Both the position numbers and the translations under genes were made by a program. This document shows, piece by piece, positions 1 to 11,481 of a DNA stretch of 20,000 nt. This DNA comes from Peribolospora baueri (taxonomy: Eukaryota). A model generated the notes under the pieces. The model worked only from the letters and a program-made list of their open reading frames with translations, searched no databases and was not told the DNA's origin. The stretch lies in contig JAMDHS010000105.1 of assembly GCA_029717555.1 (NCBI GenBank), positions 47,692-67,691 on the forward strand, given 5' to 3'. The stretch's first letter is position 1; the number at the start of each line of letters is the position of its first letter.

Positions 1-569
1 GCGGCAACAAGCGATAGGCTACATCGCATGACCGGCACAAGAACGATGGGAGCGCGAGCATCAACGACGTCGGCCGAACATGGCTGCGTCCGGTCAGGGC
101 CTCATAGGCAGATCACTCACACTCTCCCGCCCCACCGGTCGGCAATCCCGCCGCAAAAGCCCGCAACTGCGTACTGCCCGAGCACGGCACCTGACCAGAC
201 AGCATTGGTCTCTGTGAGCGAAAACCCCAAGTCGGAAGTAAGTGAGGGGCCGAATAGGGGGAAGGTGAAGATGGAGCCAGCGGTGATCCTGTTTGGCGGT
301 GGGGGCGGCAAGTCGGGAACAGGGAGCGAGCACGGTGAGAAAACTGCAATATGTCCTGAGCAAGCGTCTTCTTGCTCCTTGTAATATAGGCAAAGCGGCC
401 CGCTTGCATGGGTTGCGCTGCTCATGATCAACACTCACGAGTTCGCGGCGATGCAGACATAGGACACGACCGCTCTCGCCTTCGGCAGCGTCCTCGAATG
501 TCGCTGCCGTCTCTCTGGCTGGTGGTCCGCAGGCACTGCGACGGCGACGCCGGGATCGACGTCGGCCAT
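1..569 (-). CDS. MCH1: MFS transporter, MCH1/nodulin-like family; 5' part only, runs off the window. Exons 569-439, 288-121, 18-<1
   Basis: Splicing at GTGAGT...CAG/TAG introns gives MADVDPGVAV...VVSYVCIAANSITAGSIFTFPLFGPSLTSDLGFSLTETNAVWSGAVLGQYAVAGFCGGIADRWGGRVLSLVAA. This has MFS motif A (GxxADRxGxR) and the AGSIFxFxL helix-1 pattern I recognise from Mch1-like proteins. Confidence 0.8.
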
Positions 570-849
570 GTTGTGCCCTAACTAGTTATAAGTGGCGTCG
601 AAAGACTCTTAACTGTCGTTTGTCGTCTGAGACTGTGGATGGTAGTAGTCCCTAAATAAAAGCGCCACGGTGTGATCGGCGGCGGCCATCAAACGCATCC
701 GTCGCCTAATTGACGACATCGCCGAGTCCCCTTCTGCTTCTCGTCTTCCATCGTCAGCCACCTCAAAGCGCACTTAGCGTTCACCCTCGCCAAAGCTCGG
801 CGCGCCACAGCCTCACCTCGGGAGGCCAGCGTTCAGAGGTGTCAGCATC
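570..849. promoter_or_regulatory. Divergent (bidirectional) promoter region between the MFS gene and VAC14
   Basis: Head-to-head ATGs flank a 280-bp gap. It contains the palindrome TAACTAGTTA (579-588) overlapping TATAAG, and TAAATAAA at 653-660. Confidence 0.55.
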
Positions 850-3800
850 ATGGGTGAGTATCGCTCTAGGCAGCGAACGCGCAGTTGGCTGGCGAGCTGA
901 CCGCCGTTCTTCACGGGTTGTAGATCCACCGTTGCAGCGAGCACTCCATGACAAGATCTACGAGAAGAGGAAGGTGCGTGAAAGGACCGGTTGCCTCTCG
1001 ACAGTCTCCTTACTAATCCCTCTGCCTTCTCCTTGTCCCTCCAGGCGGCTGCGCTCGAGCTCGAGAAGTGCGTCCCCTGAGCCCTTTGGCCGGCCGAACC
1101 AATGGACATCATCACTAACCTTTTGTCGCTCCATCGGCCTGCTCCCTCTCCTTCCAGGGTGGCCCGAGAGTGCCTGGCGAACGGAAACCGCGAACGTATT
1201 TCCCAAATCGTCTACCAGCTCTGCGGCTTCCTTTCTAGCTCTCCCCCCCAAAACGTCAACGCTCGAAGCGGAGGCCTCATCGGCCTGGCCGGCATCGGCA
1301 TCGCTCTCGGCGTCGAGATCGCTCCCTATCTCGAGACTATCGTGCCCCCAGTGCTGGCTTGCTTTACCGATCCCGACAGCAAGATACGGTATTTCGCCTG
1401 CGAGAGCTTTTACAACATCGCCAAGGTCTGCAAGGGAGAAATATTGATTTATTTTAATGAGATATTTGATGCCCTGAGCAAGGTGAGCCCTTCAGACCAA
1501 TCCATTCTGAACGACACAGTCGACCTATCTAATCTTGTTCATCTTGTTACTATTTAGCTCGCGGCCGACTCGGAACTGTCTGTCAAAAACGGCGCCGAAT
1601 TGCTGGATCGTCTGTTAAAAGACATCGTGTCCGAAGCAGCACCTTACTACGTCTCACAGTACCAGGATGTACCTCTCATCCGGGCCAAGCAAGAGCAGGA
1701 CGCCGCCGCATCACGAGAGGCGGCGGCTAAGGGACTGCCTGGATCCCTCTCGGCGGAAGGCCTCGGCATCGTCACCAATGGCTCCACGACATACCCAGAG
1801 CCGACCACCGCAGTTCGAAGCAACAAGCGCAACAAGACGTTCAGTCTGGAGCATTTCGTGCCCCTCCTTTCCGAACGGATGTACGTCATCTCGCCCTTCA
1901 CGCGCAACTTCCTCGTCTCGTGGGTCACAGTGATCGGCTCCGTGCCCGACCTCGAACTCGTGAGCTACCTGCCGGCCTTTCTCGACGCCCTGCTCAAGTA
2001 CCTCAGTGACCCCAACACGGACGTGCGCATGGCCACTGCCAACGTGTTGGGTGACTTTTTGAGGGAGATCAGGGAGGCGGCCGAGGTGGAGGAGAAATTG
2101 AAGGCGGAGGCAAATGAGCGCAAGGCGCAGAGGGACGAGCAGAGGAAGGAAAAGAGGGAAAAGGAGAGAGAGCTGGCGAGATTGCGGGAGATCGCAGAGG
2201 CGAGGGCGGTGGGCGAGAGTCTTCAGGCGACACCGAGTGGTGCTGCGAGCGAGGACGATCGCCCGTCGAGCCCTGAAACGACGAAGACGAAGCTACAAGA
2301 GAGGGCTGATAAAGAGGAAGAGGAGGAAGGAGAGGAAGAGGAAGAAGAAGAGGCTGGTCTGTGGGTTCCTGGACAGGGAGTGCACATCGACCATGCGGCC
2401 ATCATGGAAATCTTGATCCAGCACATCGCCTTTCCAGGTGAGGCTTCTCTTCATTTCGTATCGCGTCAGTAGGGTATCGCGTCAGTAGGGCTCTGCCGTC
2501 TCGCTCATGCAGTCTTGATTCTAATTCTTGGTTTGGAAGACGAGGAGATTCAATCGACAACGCTACAATGGATCGCCCAATTCCTGCTCTTCGTCAAAGA
2601 CGTCGTCGTGCCCTTCACGCCTAGGCTCATCCCCGCCATCCTGCCCTCGCTCGCTCACCACATACCTCAGATTCAGAGCGCCGCAAACCAGACCAACGTG
2701 AATCTGTACCGAGTGATCCAGAGCTTGCCTTCGCCGCCACAGCCACAGCCGGCTGCCGTTGTGGAGAAGGTGCCTCCGTCTCGGAGCGCAGCCGCCAGTC
2801 CTTCGCCGCGAGAAGGTGCGCTTGGTCTGGCAATATCGAGGGCGATGCGGGCGGAAAGGGAGAAACAGAAGGACGCGGAAGGACCAGAGAAGGCCTCCCC
2901 CATCACTGATCAGGCCGACCTCCCGAACGTGGACAAGCCAGTGGCGCTCCATAAGCCCGTACCGCGGAGAGGCACCGAGTCTGCGGCGCAGACGCCCACT
3001 TCTCGTACCTTCTCTTTGCCTCCCGCTCCGAGCGGTTATGAGACGCCGCCAGAGAAATCGGAGGCCAGTCCGGTCGAAGATACGGCTCCAGAGGAGCAGG
3101 ATCCTTTCGATTATCAGGCGACCGTCAACGCGCTCACGCTTCAGTTTTTGGACGAACACGAGGAGACTAGGGTGGCCGCGTTGGAGTGGTTGATCATGCT
3201 TCATCAGAAGGCCCCGAGGAAGGTGAGTCGGTCACGGGTCGCTATGCTGGGAGAGAGTGAAGGTCGACTAACGAAGCCCACCTGATGTTCGCCGGTCCTT
3301 AGATCCTCGCAATGGACGACGGGACCTTCCCAGCGCTCCTCAAAACGCTCTCAGACCCTTCGGAAGAAGTGATAAAATGCGACCTGCAGCTGCTAGCGCA
3401 GATCTCCTCCTCCTCTGAAGATTCATACTTTCACTCTTTCCTCGCCAATCTGCTCTCTCTCTTCTCTACCGATCGACGCCTGCTAGAGACGAGGGGGAGT
3501 CTGATCATACGACAACTCTGCCTCAGCCTCAACACCGAACGCATCTTCCGAACGTTCGCTGAAATCTTGGAGAAGGACGAGGATCTCGAGTTTGCGAGAA
3601 TTATGGTGCAGAACCTGAACATCATCTTGATCACCAGTCCCGAGCTCGCCGAGTTCAGGAAGAGACTAAGGAATTTGGATTCGAAGGTGCGTTTATAGAC
3701 GGGCTGGGATTCATCTGCGCGTCGAGCCACATCGCACTCGTACCTACCCCGTCTCTGCTTCTGTTATTTTTTTAAAGGACGGGCAAGCGCTGTTCTCCGC

Positions 3801-4989
3801 GCTGTATCGTTCTTGGTGCCACAACGCCGTAGCGACATTCTCGCTCTGCCTCCTCGCTCAAGCGTATGAGCACGCTTCGAACCTTCTTCAGATCTTGTGA
3901 GTCTTGCTTGCCTTTCACTTTTTCTTTTCTCCTCACCTTGGGTCTCGTTGAGCGTGCTCTGAATTGGCCTCGCTTTCTGTTGATAGTGCGGACCTGGAGA
4001 TTACCGTCAGCCTGCTCATTCAGATCGACAAGCTCGTGCAGCTGCTCGAGTCACCTATCTTCACCGGTGAGCCTTCATTAACTCCAGCTTAACCATAAGC
4101 GTCGCCGATTCTAACAAGCTGCTCGCTTCCAACAACGCAGCTCTACGTCTACAGCTGCTCGAGCCGGAGAAGAACCCGTACTTGTTCAAATGCCTCTATG
4201 GTCTGCTTATGCTGCTTCCGCAAAGCAGCGCGTTTGCGACGTTGCGCAACCGGCTGAACGCAGTCAGCTCGATGGGTTTCTTGCACATGGTCCCTCGGTC
4301 GTGAGTGCTTCCGCCGCATGTGGCTTAACTTAGGCGCGCTTTTTTCAAACCACGTTAGCGATCCTCGTTTTCCCAGAACGTACGCCTCCGCGACACGGTC
4401 CAAGATAGGCGGGCGAGAGGACATCAAATGGCAAGAGCTGCTCACACATTTCCGCTCGGTGCAAGGCCGCCACGAGCGAGCACGGCGACAGGCGCTGCAC
4501 TCTCTCGGCGTCGTTTCCTCGGATCCCTTCAGTGGAGGCGTGGAGGTCATCCCTTCCTCGGCGGGGCCGGGCGCTGGCGTCGGAAGTAGCAGGGCGGCGA
4601 GTACCGGCGTCTCGCCGCCGAGTGGTGGTGTGACGCCCGGCCGACTCAACGCGTCCATGACGTCGGCGAGGAAGAAAGGTTCAGCTCTGACGACGGGCCG
4701 GACGGCGGACGGGGCCACGATGCAGAGTGTGAACGTGTCCTCGTCGGCGACGTCGACAGGCGGCAGGACGGGACTGATTTCGCCCAGTCCGCTCAACCCG
4801 CGACCTATGAGAGCGGCTGGGCCCACAGGAGGCTTTTTCCATCCTAGCGCAGGCGCGATGGGCGGCGGCGCAGGCAGCACCGGCGGGTCGGTACCTTCGA
4901 GTCGACCAATGAGCCCTACGGCGAGATCAGGCGTCGGTGCCAGCGGGAAGCGTGTCGCCAGCGCCAGGCAGACACCGACTGGACGCTAA
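850..4989 (+). CDS. VAC14: Vac14, HEAT-repeat scaffold of the Fab1/PIKfyve-Fig4 complex. Exons 850-853, 924-973, 1045-1067, 1158-1482, 1558-2437, 2540-3222, 3303-3686, 3778-3896, 3987-4066, 4141-4300, 4377-4989
   Basis: Conserved Vac14 motifs in frame across GT-AG introns: [151 protein letters not shown]. Confidence 0.97.
2458..2489 (+). repeat. Perfect 16-bp tandem duplication (GTATCGCGTCAGTAGG x2) inside VAC14 intron 5
   Basis: Read directly: 2458-2473 and 2474-2489 are identical. Confidence 0.95.
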
Positions 4990-5707
4990 TTTGAACGTGG
5001 GCGGGTCAGGTACTTTCAGCAGTTGGGTAGCTGGGTTTTGTGTAGTTCTCCGGGTGTTCCACGTCAATTTTTTATGTTGCCGTGCTTTGTCAATTGGCGC
5101 CGGACACTTCGTCTGGCAGTATTGAGTATAATATACCGCATTGTGAACATGGAGGCGTGAAGGTAAACGAAACAGAATACGGCGATATGCTGCAGGGTCG
5201 TGAAGATGTTCGTCAGCCTGCGCATTCTCTCTCATCCAACGTTATGTTCCACGTTCCGCCGGGATGCAGCTCATTTCTGGCCTTGTAAAACCGCATGGCA
5301 TGCATCTCCCCGTTCCACAAGCGTTCGAAAAGACCTGCGCGCATGGGAAGAACCTGCCGAAAGGCGGTTTTTCGGAGAGCGAGGGCAAACGTCGGAATGT
5401 GGAATGAAAGGGAGATACCGCTCGGGCGCTGTCGAAGGACGACGCATTCCTCGATTCATCTAATCAAAGCCGCCCGGAGAGTTCCAAATTTGTTATGCTC
5501 AGCACTCACAACGTCGGTATGCTGACTTCTCGGAGAAGAAAGGGGGACTCGACCTGCGGAAAAGGAAAAGGTCGATCAAGGACGACGAACTGGCTCGCGA
5601 AGCATTATCACGAGAACACAAGCTGAGGGGTGCGTTTGGTTGCAGCAATGTCAAGGATACAGATCGTACACGGTGGGACGTCCAGGGCGGGGGAAAGCGA
5701 CAGACGA

Positions 5708-6071
5708 TCAAGCAAGCGGGCTGATGAGCTTGATCAGGCTTGGTCGGGGGTTGCTCTGAGTGAAGCCAACGTCTGAAGGCCGAGCCGCCCAACGTGAAAA
5801 ACCGGCGCCGAGCTGGGATGAATGCGAGGTGCCGACGAAAATGCGTGGCCGTCGACGAGCAAGCACTCACAGAGGATGAAGGGAATCCAGCCCCAGTGGA
5901 CGACCGTCTTGGTGACGTCAACCGCCTTGACGATGCGCTCCTGTCAACGGCGAACGAGACGACGTGCACCGGCGATGAGCTGACTGGTTCGTGCTTCCAC
6001 CTCCTTTCGATACCCTTTACTACGCTCCCAACGTTCGTACTTGCCTTAGTGTCCTCGGAAAAGGTGAACAT
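5708..6071 (-). CDS. TOM7: Tom7, small subunit of the mitochondrial TOM complex (53 aa). Exons 6071-6045, 5940-5871, 5772-5708; intron 1 is GC-AG
   Basis: Spliced product MFTFSEDTKERIVKAVDVTKTVVHWGWIPFILYVGFTQSNPRPSLIKLISPLA* matches the Tom7 signature (SEExKERI...VVHxGxIPxILYxG...PRPSLIxLLSPL). Donors AAG|GCAAGT and T|GTGAGT, CAG acceptors, good start context GCCATG. Confidence 0.95.
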
Positions 6072-6264
6072 GGCTGGGGTTCTCGTCGTGAGCGTTCAGA
6101 GGCGGTGGATGAGCGTAGGGACGGCGATCGGAGGAGGGAAAAAAGGACGCATCGGCGCCTACGTCCGCTCATATCCGCGAGAAGCCCTTTCTTCTCGAGG
6201 ACGTCAGTCACGCCTCGTCGTCGCCTCAACGTTCTCCTTCCCGACTTCACCGTATCCGCCCAGC
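6072..6264. promoter_or_regulatory. Compact bidirectional promoter between TOM7 and eIF3f
   Basis: Only 193 bp separate the divergent start codons. Pyrimidine-rich tracts precede each ATG on its own strand. Confidence 0.65.
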
Positions 6265-7658
6265 ATGGCTCTCATCGCAGATCCCTCCTCCTCTGCTTTC
6301 CACCTCAAGTTCCCCCCTTCCGCGGGCGGCGGCCTTCTGCACTCTCGCTCGCTCTCTCAGGTGCGCGTCCACCCTGTCGCGCTCTTCACTATCCTCGACC
6401 ACTACCTCCGACGCAATGACGAGCAGCCACGGGTCATCGGCACCCTCCTCGGCGTGCGGACAGAGAACGAAATCGAGGTGCGCAACGCATTCAGCGTACC
6501 TCACAACGAGACCCAGGATCAGGTGCAAGTGGACATGGAGTACCACCGCGCAATGGTCGATTTGCATCAGAAGGTTAACCCGAACGAGGTCATCGTTGGC
6601 TGGTGAGTGAGCAGTCATTTGGGAGGACGGTGCTCCCATGTGACAAACACGGACTACTGCATATGCATATTTGCATGACATCCTCACACGGCTTGTACAC
6701 CACTCGGCCCCTGCACCGCCTTCCCCTCCTTCCGCTCACAGGTATGCCACTGGTCTTGAACTGAACACCTACTCCGCCCTCATCCAAGATTTCTACTCGC
6801 GCGAGACAGCACCGCACCAGGCCGTCCACCTGACCATGGACACCAACGTCAAGGACAAGAACCTCGGCGTCAAGTCTTACGTTAGGTGAGCATGCGAGCG
6901 ACGAGCGTCCGCGGCGGTTTAATCCTTGCCCGAGCTCTGCGCTTGTTGGTTGAAAGAAACGATGCTGATTTGTGATGCGTCTCACATTGGCTCTCCAATA
7001 GCTCCCCCATCGGTGTAGCGCCTAAGCCGGAAAACTGCGTTTTCCTGCCCGTCCGTTGCGAACTCCTCTACCACAGTGCGGAGCGAAGCGGACGTGAGTA
7101 TTCGTTGCTCTTTTCGACTGTGCTTCATGAAGAGCTCAGTCACTGATGAACCAACGGCTTTCTGTCTTCGTTGCTTTCGTGTCGCTGCTCTCGTCGGAAT
7201 TAACTGCTCGCAGTCGAGCTCCTTTCCCGCACTGCCACTGCCAACGCCTCCACCGCCTCCCCCGCCACCGATATGGATTCTCTGGCGACCTCGCTCGAGA
7301 CTGTGCTGGGAATGCTTGAGCGCGTGCTCTCCTACGTCCGAGCGGTTATCGCGGGCGAGAAAGAGGGGGACCCTGTCGTTGGGAAATATATCCTGGACAC
7401 GATCAGCGTCGTACCCATCGGCGAGGACGGGAAGGGCTTGGAAGCGGTTTTCAACAGTCATTTGCAGGTGAGGGATGCGTTTCAATTGTGGCGACGTTCC
7501 TCCAAGTCTGAGCTGCTCTCACGCTTGATCGTGCTGATGCCTTTTGGCGGGCCTTTGGCTACGCACTTGCTTTTCAGGACGTCCTCATGGTCTCCTACCT
7601 CGCCAACGTCATTCGCTCACAAGTCGAGATTTCGTCTCGACTCACTCTCCTCACTTGA
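6265..7658 (+). CDS. EIF3F: Translation initiation factor eIF3 subunit F (MPN domain). Exons 6265-6602, 6742-6885, 7002-7093, 7214-7467, 7578-7658
   Basis: VRVHPVALFTILDHYLRR...RVIGTLLG...NAFSVPHNE...HQKVNPNEVIVGWYATG...YSALIQDFYS...[28 protein letters not shown]. This is an MPN fold without JAMM metal ligands, as in fungal eIF3f. Confidence 0.95.
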
Positions 7659-8144
7659 TGTCGAGGCGCCGCGCTTGCTCGCGTGACAGTACCAAAAGGG
7701 CACTTCTTTTGTCCGTGTCTCGTCCGCTCTATCTATCACGACTGAAGTCGTTCCAGACTTCATTCCCCCTCCGCCGCCACGGCTCGCGCGCACGTTGGTC
7801 ACCCCACCCCCTTCGTTTGTGTATCATGGCACCACGCACTCGCACTCTGGTTGTCTGGAGGAAGACATTCATGGCATAACCGTTATCGCTTGCATTCGCG
7901 CTCGTAAACTTGGGTTTAAGCAGTCGTATGAGTCGTATGAACTGGCCCTGAGACAGTCCCGGTTGGGTCTTCGTTCGATCTCGGGAGCTGAATGGACGAT
8001 TGGTGTTTGCTCAGCAAGAAGGACTCCTTACTCAGCCCGATCGCCGATCCGAACTCCGCATCCTCGCAGGCACATCTCATTTATTAGGATGCGCACAGGA
8101 CCCTCTCCCATTCCGTCGACAAATTCATCGAGAAGCTGTTTACC

Positions 8145-9857
8145 ATGTCTTTCCCAGACAAGTGCAAAGCCATCGTGCTCGAGTCGCGCGACGAGTCGCT
8201 CGACGGTCTCAAGCTCAAAGAGGTGCCATTGCCCAAGGAGCTCGAGCCGGATCAGATCGTCGTGCGCATCCACGCCGTTAGCCTCAATGCTAGAGATCTT
8301 CGTGAGTTTTTTTGCTCTCCCCTTGTGCCATTGCATGCCAGCTCGACGGCTAACCTCGGTGGTTGCAGAGGTGGCCACAAACACGTACCCAGCCCCTCCG
8401 GGTGCGATCCGCCCGGCGAGTCAAGAGATCATCCCGTGCTCAGATGGGGCCGGTGAAGTGGTAGCAACGGGGGCTAGAGTCCAAAGGGTCAAGAAAGGCG
8501 ACCGTGTCGCAACACAACTCGCCCAGGGTTGGCTTGAGGGAGAAGGCACAACTTGGCTCATGCAGAGCACCGGACTCGGCGCTGCGGGTGACGGTACGCT
8601 GACCGAATATATCGTCCTCAGCCAGGTGGGCATCTGCTTGGTCGGATGATCATCGATTCACATGTCGCCAAGGTAGCTGAGTACGCCCTTGGACCATGCT
8701 GCCCATCGAACAGGAAGGAGTTGTGAAGATCCCGGACTTCCTCTCCTATGAGGATGCGGCAACTCTCCCCTGTGCCCCTCTAACCGCTTTCCACTGCCTG
8801 TTTGGCCCTGAGCGCTCGCTCAAGCAGGGTCAGAACGTCCTCATCGAAGGTGCTTATCAGATTTTTATCGATATTGTTATCGCTCGTGTTCTGCTCGCCT
8901 CCGTCTCGTCAGTCTCTCAACCTAACCCGCTCTCTTGATACACCAGGTACCGGTGGCGTCTCCATCGCGGCCCTTAAATTCTCGCTCTTTGCAGGCGCCC
9001 GACCCATCGTGATTTCGTCCAGCGATGACAAGTGAGTCTTACAGTCTCAATCGTCAGAGGTGATGACGGCGAGGCCGTCACTTTCTTACTCTCTCACACG
9101 TATTGTGTTTGTCCTTCGATCTCATGCGCCCCCCTGATGGTAGACTTAACCGTGTTCATCAGCTCGGAGTGACTGACACAATCAACTACAAGAAGGTACC
9201 AGAGTGGTCGGAGCCTGTGGTGAAGATCACTGATGGTGTTGGGATCCACCATGGTGTGCGTTCTACTCTGGTCTTTAGAGCCTCCCCTGCTCCAGACATG
9301 ACGTCTCGAGCCGCTGCTCACGTCTTTGTCTATTTCTTGTCTGCTTGCTCTGCATGGTCGAAACTCTGCAGATTGAGATTGGTGGCCGCGACACCATGCC
9401 CAAGGCACTCAGTACCCTTACTGACCATGGAAACCTCTGGGTTGTGGGCTACCTTGATGACTACAAGAAAGAGCACCGGACGCCCGCTGAAAGCCCAGAT
9501 CTGGCAAAAATGTGCCTCTTGAGGCAGTGTCACGTAAAAGGAGTGCGTGGTTCAATGCGGTCGATGGCGGCCCTCTTCCTGTGTCTCCCTAGATGTAGGG
9601 CGAGACGTTCACAACGATCGGTGTGCATTTCCTACCCCCAACAGGTGTACACCGGCTCCCGCGCCCTCTTCGAATCCATGCTTGGGGCCTATTCCGAATC
9701 CGCTCGTCGTGCGAAAGCGGCGGGCAAGGACCCGACGAAGGAGCATGCGCTCAAGCCATCCATTGATCGCGTCTTCCCCTTAGACAAATCCAAGGAGGCA
9801 TTCAAGCTCATGGGGACCGGGCAGTTCTTTGGTAAGATTGTCATCAAGGTGCAGTGA
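8145..9857 (+). CDS. Medium-chain dehydrogenase/reductase, zinc-type alcohol dehydrogenase-like, probably Zn-independent NAD(P)H oxidoreductase. Exons 8145-8301, 8369-8625, 8714-8849, 8947-9031, 9144-9255, 9372-9542, 9645-9857
   Basis: Motifs VRIHAVSLNARD, IPCSDGAGEVVATG, LSYEDAATLPCAPLTA, Rossmann GTGGVS, INYKKVPEW, IEIGG, IDRVF and FGKIVIKV. No catalytic C/GHE zinc ligands and no four-Cys structural zinc lobe. Confidence 0.92.
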
Positions 9858-9889
9858 ACGCGAGGTAAAGACGTCGTTTGTAGTTATAA

Positions 9890-10435
9890 CTACGTGTTAC
9901 AGTGTAATCCCACGCAAAAACGCGCTGCTGCCTGGCGTTTTGCTTGTTCCGTGCTCCCCTCTGTCGGCTCGTCCTTGGCTGCACGGCCGGTCGGAGGGGG
10001 ACCAAGTGATGCGTTGAAAACTATGAGCCCGAGCACGAGGAAAATATGGCGGGAGGTTTTAATAATAAGCCTACGCTCACCCGTCACAGCTTCGACCACC
10101 TCAACCACCGTACTCTCCTTCAACCCTTGCGAACCGGCGCGTCCCCACATCGGCCGGTCATCCTCCGTCGCCACAGCTAAGCCTTTCCGCCCGCTGAGGC
10201 CTGCCTCCTTGACGTCGGTGTGGCCATTCACACTCCAATGCGTCCGTTTTCCGTCCAGACCGTCATAAGCTCCTCGCCCATCTCCCTCAAGTGCCCGATC
10301 CCTCAGAGTCCCGCAGAGACTGAAACTGCCATCGACGGTGAGCGCCTCTTTGGCGGCCACGCCTATGAGAGCGATGGACATTAGGAGGACGGCGGCAAGG
10401 AGGGGAAGGAGGATTGTGACGAGAAGGTCGGACAT
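9890..10435 (-). CDS. Hypothetical small protein with an N-terminal hydrophobic helix (signal anchor). Probable 60-nt intron at 10080-10021
   Basis: ATG in strong context (CAACCATG). N-terminus MSDLLVTILLPLLAAVLLMSIALIGVAA. An AT-richer GTGAGC...TAG segment has intron character. No family recognised. Confidence 0.55.
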   Translation of the reverse strand: MSDLLVTILLPLLAAVLLMSIALIGVAAKEALTVDGSFSLCGTLRDRALEGDGRGAYDGLDGKRTHWSVNGHTDVKEAGLSGRKGLAVATEDDRPMWGRAGSQGLKESTVVEVVEAVTGERRLIIKTSRHIFLVLGLIVFNASLGPPPTGRAAKDEPTEGSTEQAKRQAAARFCVGLHCNT

Positions 10436-11481
10436 GGTTGGATGGTGGGAGCGATGGACGAACCGAGAGCCTGCGGGCGAAGGGGGGAGCCGTTGACGGG
10501 GTCGACGGGTTGTCTCTGTTTGGAATCGTCGTTGTACGACTTGCTCGTTTCCGTGTTTTCGCTCGGTCTAGTCAGCTTGTCGTGGGGTCGTTAAGAAACA
10601 AGGCAAGGGAGACCGAGTGGTAGGGGTCGTGTGGCGGTGGTGGTAGCAGTCCAGAGCAAGGAACAAGGAACACAGTGCGAAGCCACTACCTGTCGACCGA
10701 GAAGGCGGCCATCGAGCAGCTATGGGATCCCCTTCAGAATTGAAATGTTGAGGAAATTCGTTATCGCTCGGACAATCGACGTGGCCCAAGCGGCCACCGG
10801 GACATGAGGTGCCTGGTGTCTACGGCGGCTTGGGCGATAAGGCGATGTCGCGTTGGTGAAACGCCTGAGGATTCATCTTAACGCTCGTCTCGCGTACCAA
10901 ATCTCCCTCCTACTGCCTTCTTGGAGCAGAGCGCGGACGACGGAAACGTACTCGCACGCCGGTGGTGAGTAATTGGACGTCAGGCGGTACGTAATCGCGA
11001 CGGCAGAGATAAGATCGGGCAGCGATCGACGGCGCCGAATCTTCCCGAGTCTCATCCCTCGACGCCAGTTCATAGGTACGTGCGACTTAGAAATAGATTT
11101 TGCATTTCTCAACGACAATGATTCTCTTCAGGCAAGCATACCGTACCGCAAACATTTCGTATTTGTACACTTCTGAAGCCAGCAGCCACTCACTGCTTGT
11201 CGATCCGCTTGAGCGCGGGCGGATTGCCCGGACGGTCAGGAGGATGGACGGCGCAAATCAGTGAGAGAGCGAGAATCGCAGAGCATGATGCCATGACGCA
11301 AGAGGGGGCGACTCGGGTCAGGTACGAGAACGGAGTGGGCTCGATTGTGTAAATACCCCCTTCCCTTCCCCTCCACCGCCACTTCTCGTCTAACGACGGC
11401 TACCGCAGTCAGACTTTTCCCACGCTGCCATCCCTCCCTTTAGGTCGATACCGGCCTGTAAATACGGACTTTAAACAGAAT

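Noticed and set aside
710..1447. 245-aa plus-strand ORF
   Set aside because: Non-ATG start; it is a patchwork of UTR, one VAC14 exon, introns and off-frame exon sequence.
5499..6071. 190-aa minus-strand ORF
   Set aside because: It is the unspliced read-through of TOM7 exon 1 into its introns; only the first 9 codons are real.
5794..6264. Apparent 157-aa N-terminal extension of eIF3f in the ORF track
   Set aside because: It overlaps TOM7 antisense and the shared promoter. eIF3f-like sequence begins at ATG 6265.
7094..7213. TGATGA in eIF3f intron 3 as a possible intronic box C/D snoRNA
   Set aside because: No downstream CTGA box D or terminal stem within the intron.
7795..8368. Long N-terminal part of the 284-aa ORF upstream of MDR exon 2
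   Set aside because: Off-frame or intergenic. The real N-terminus is the exon starting at ATG 8145.
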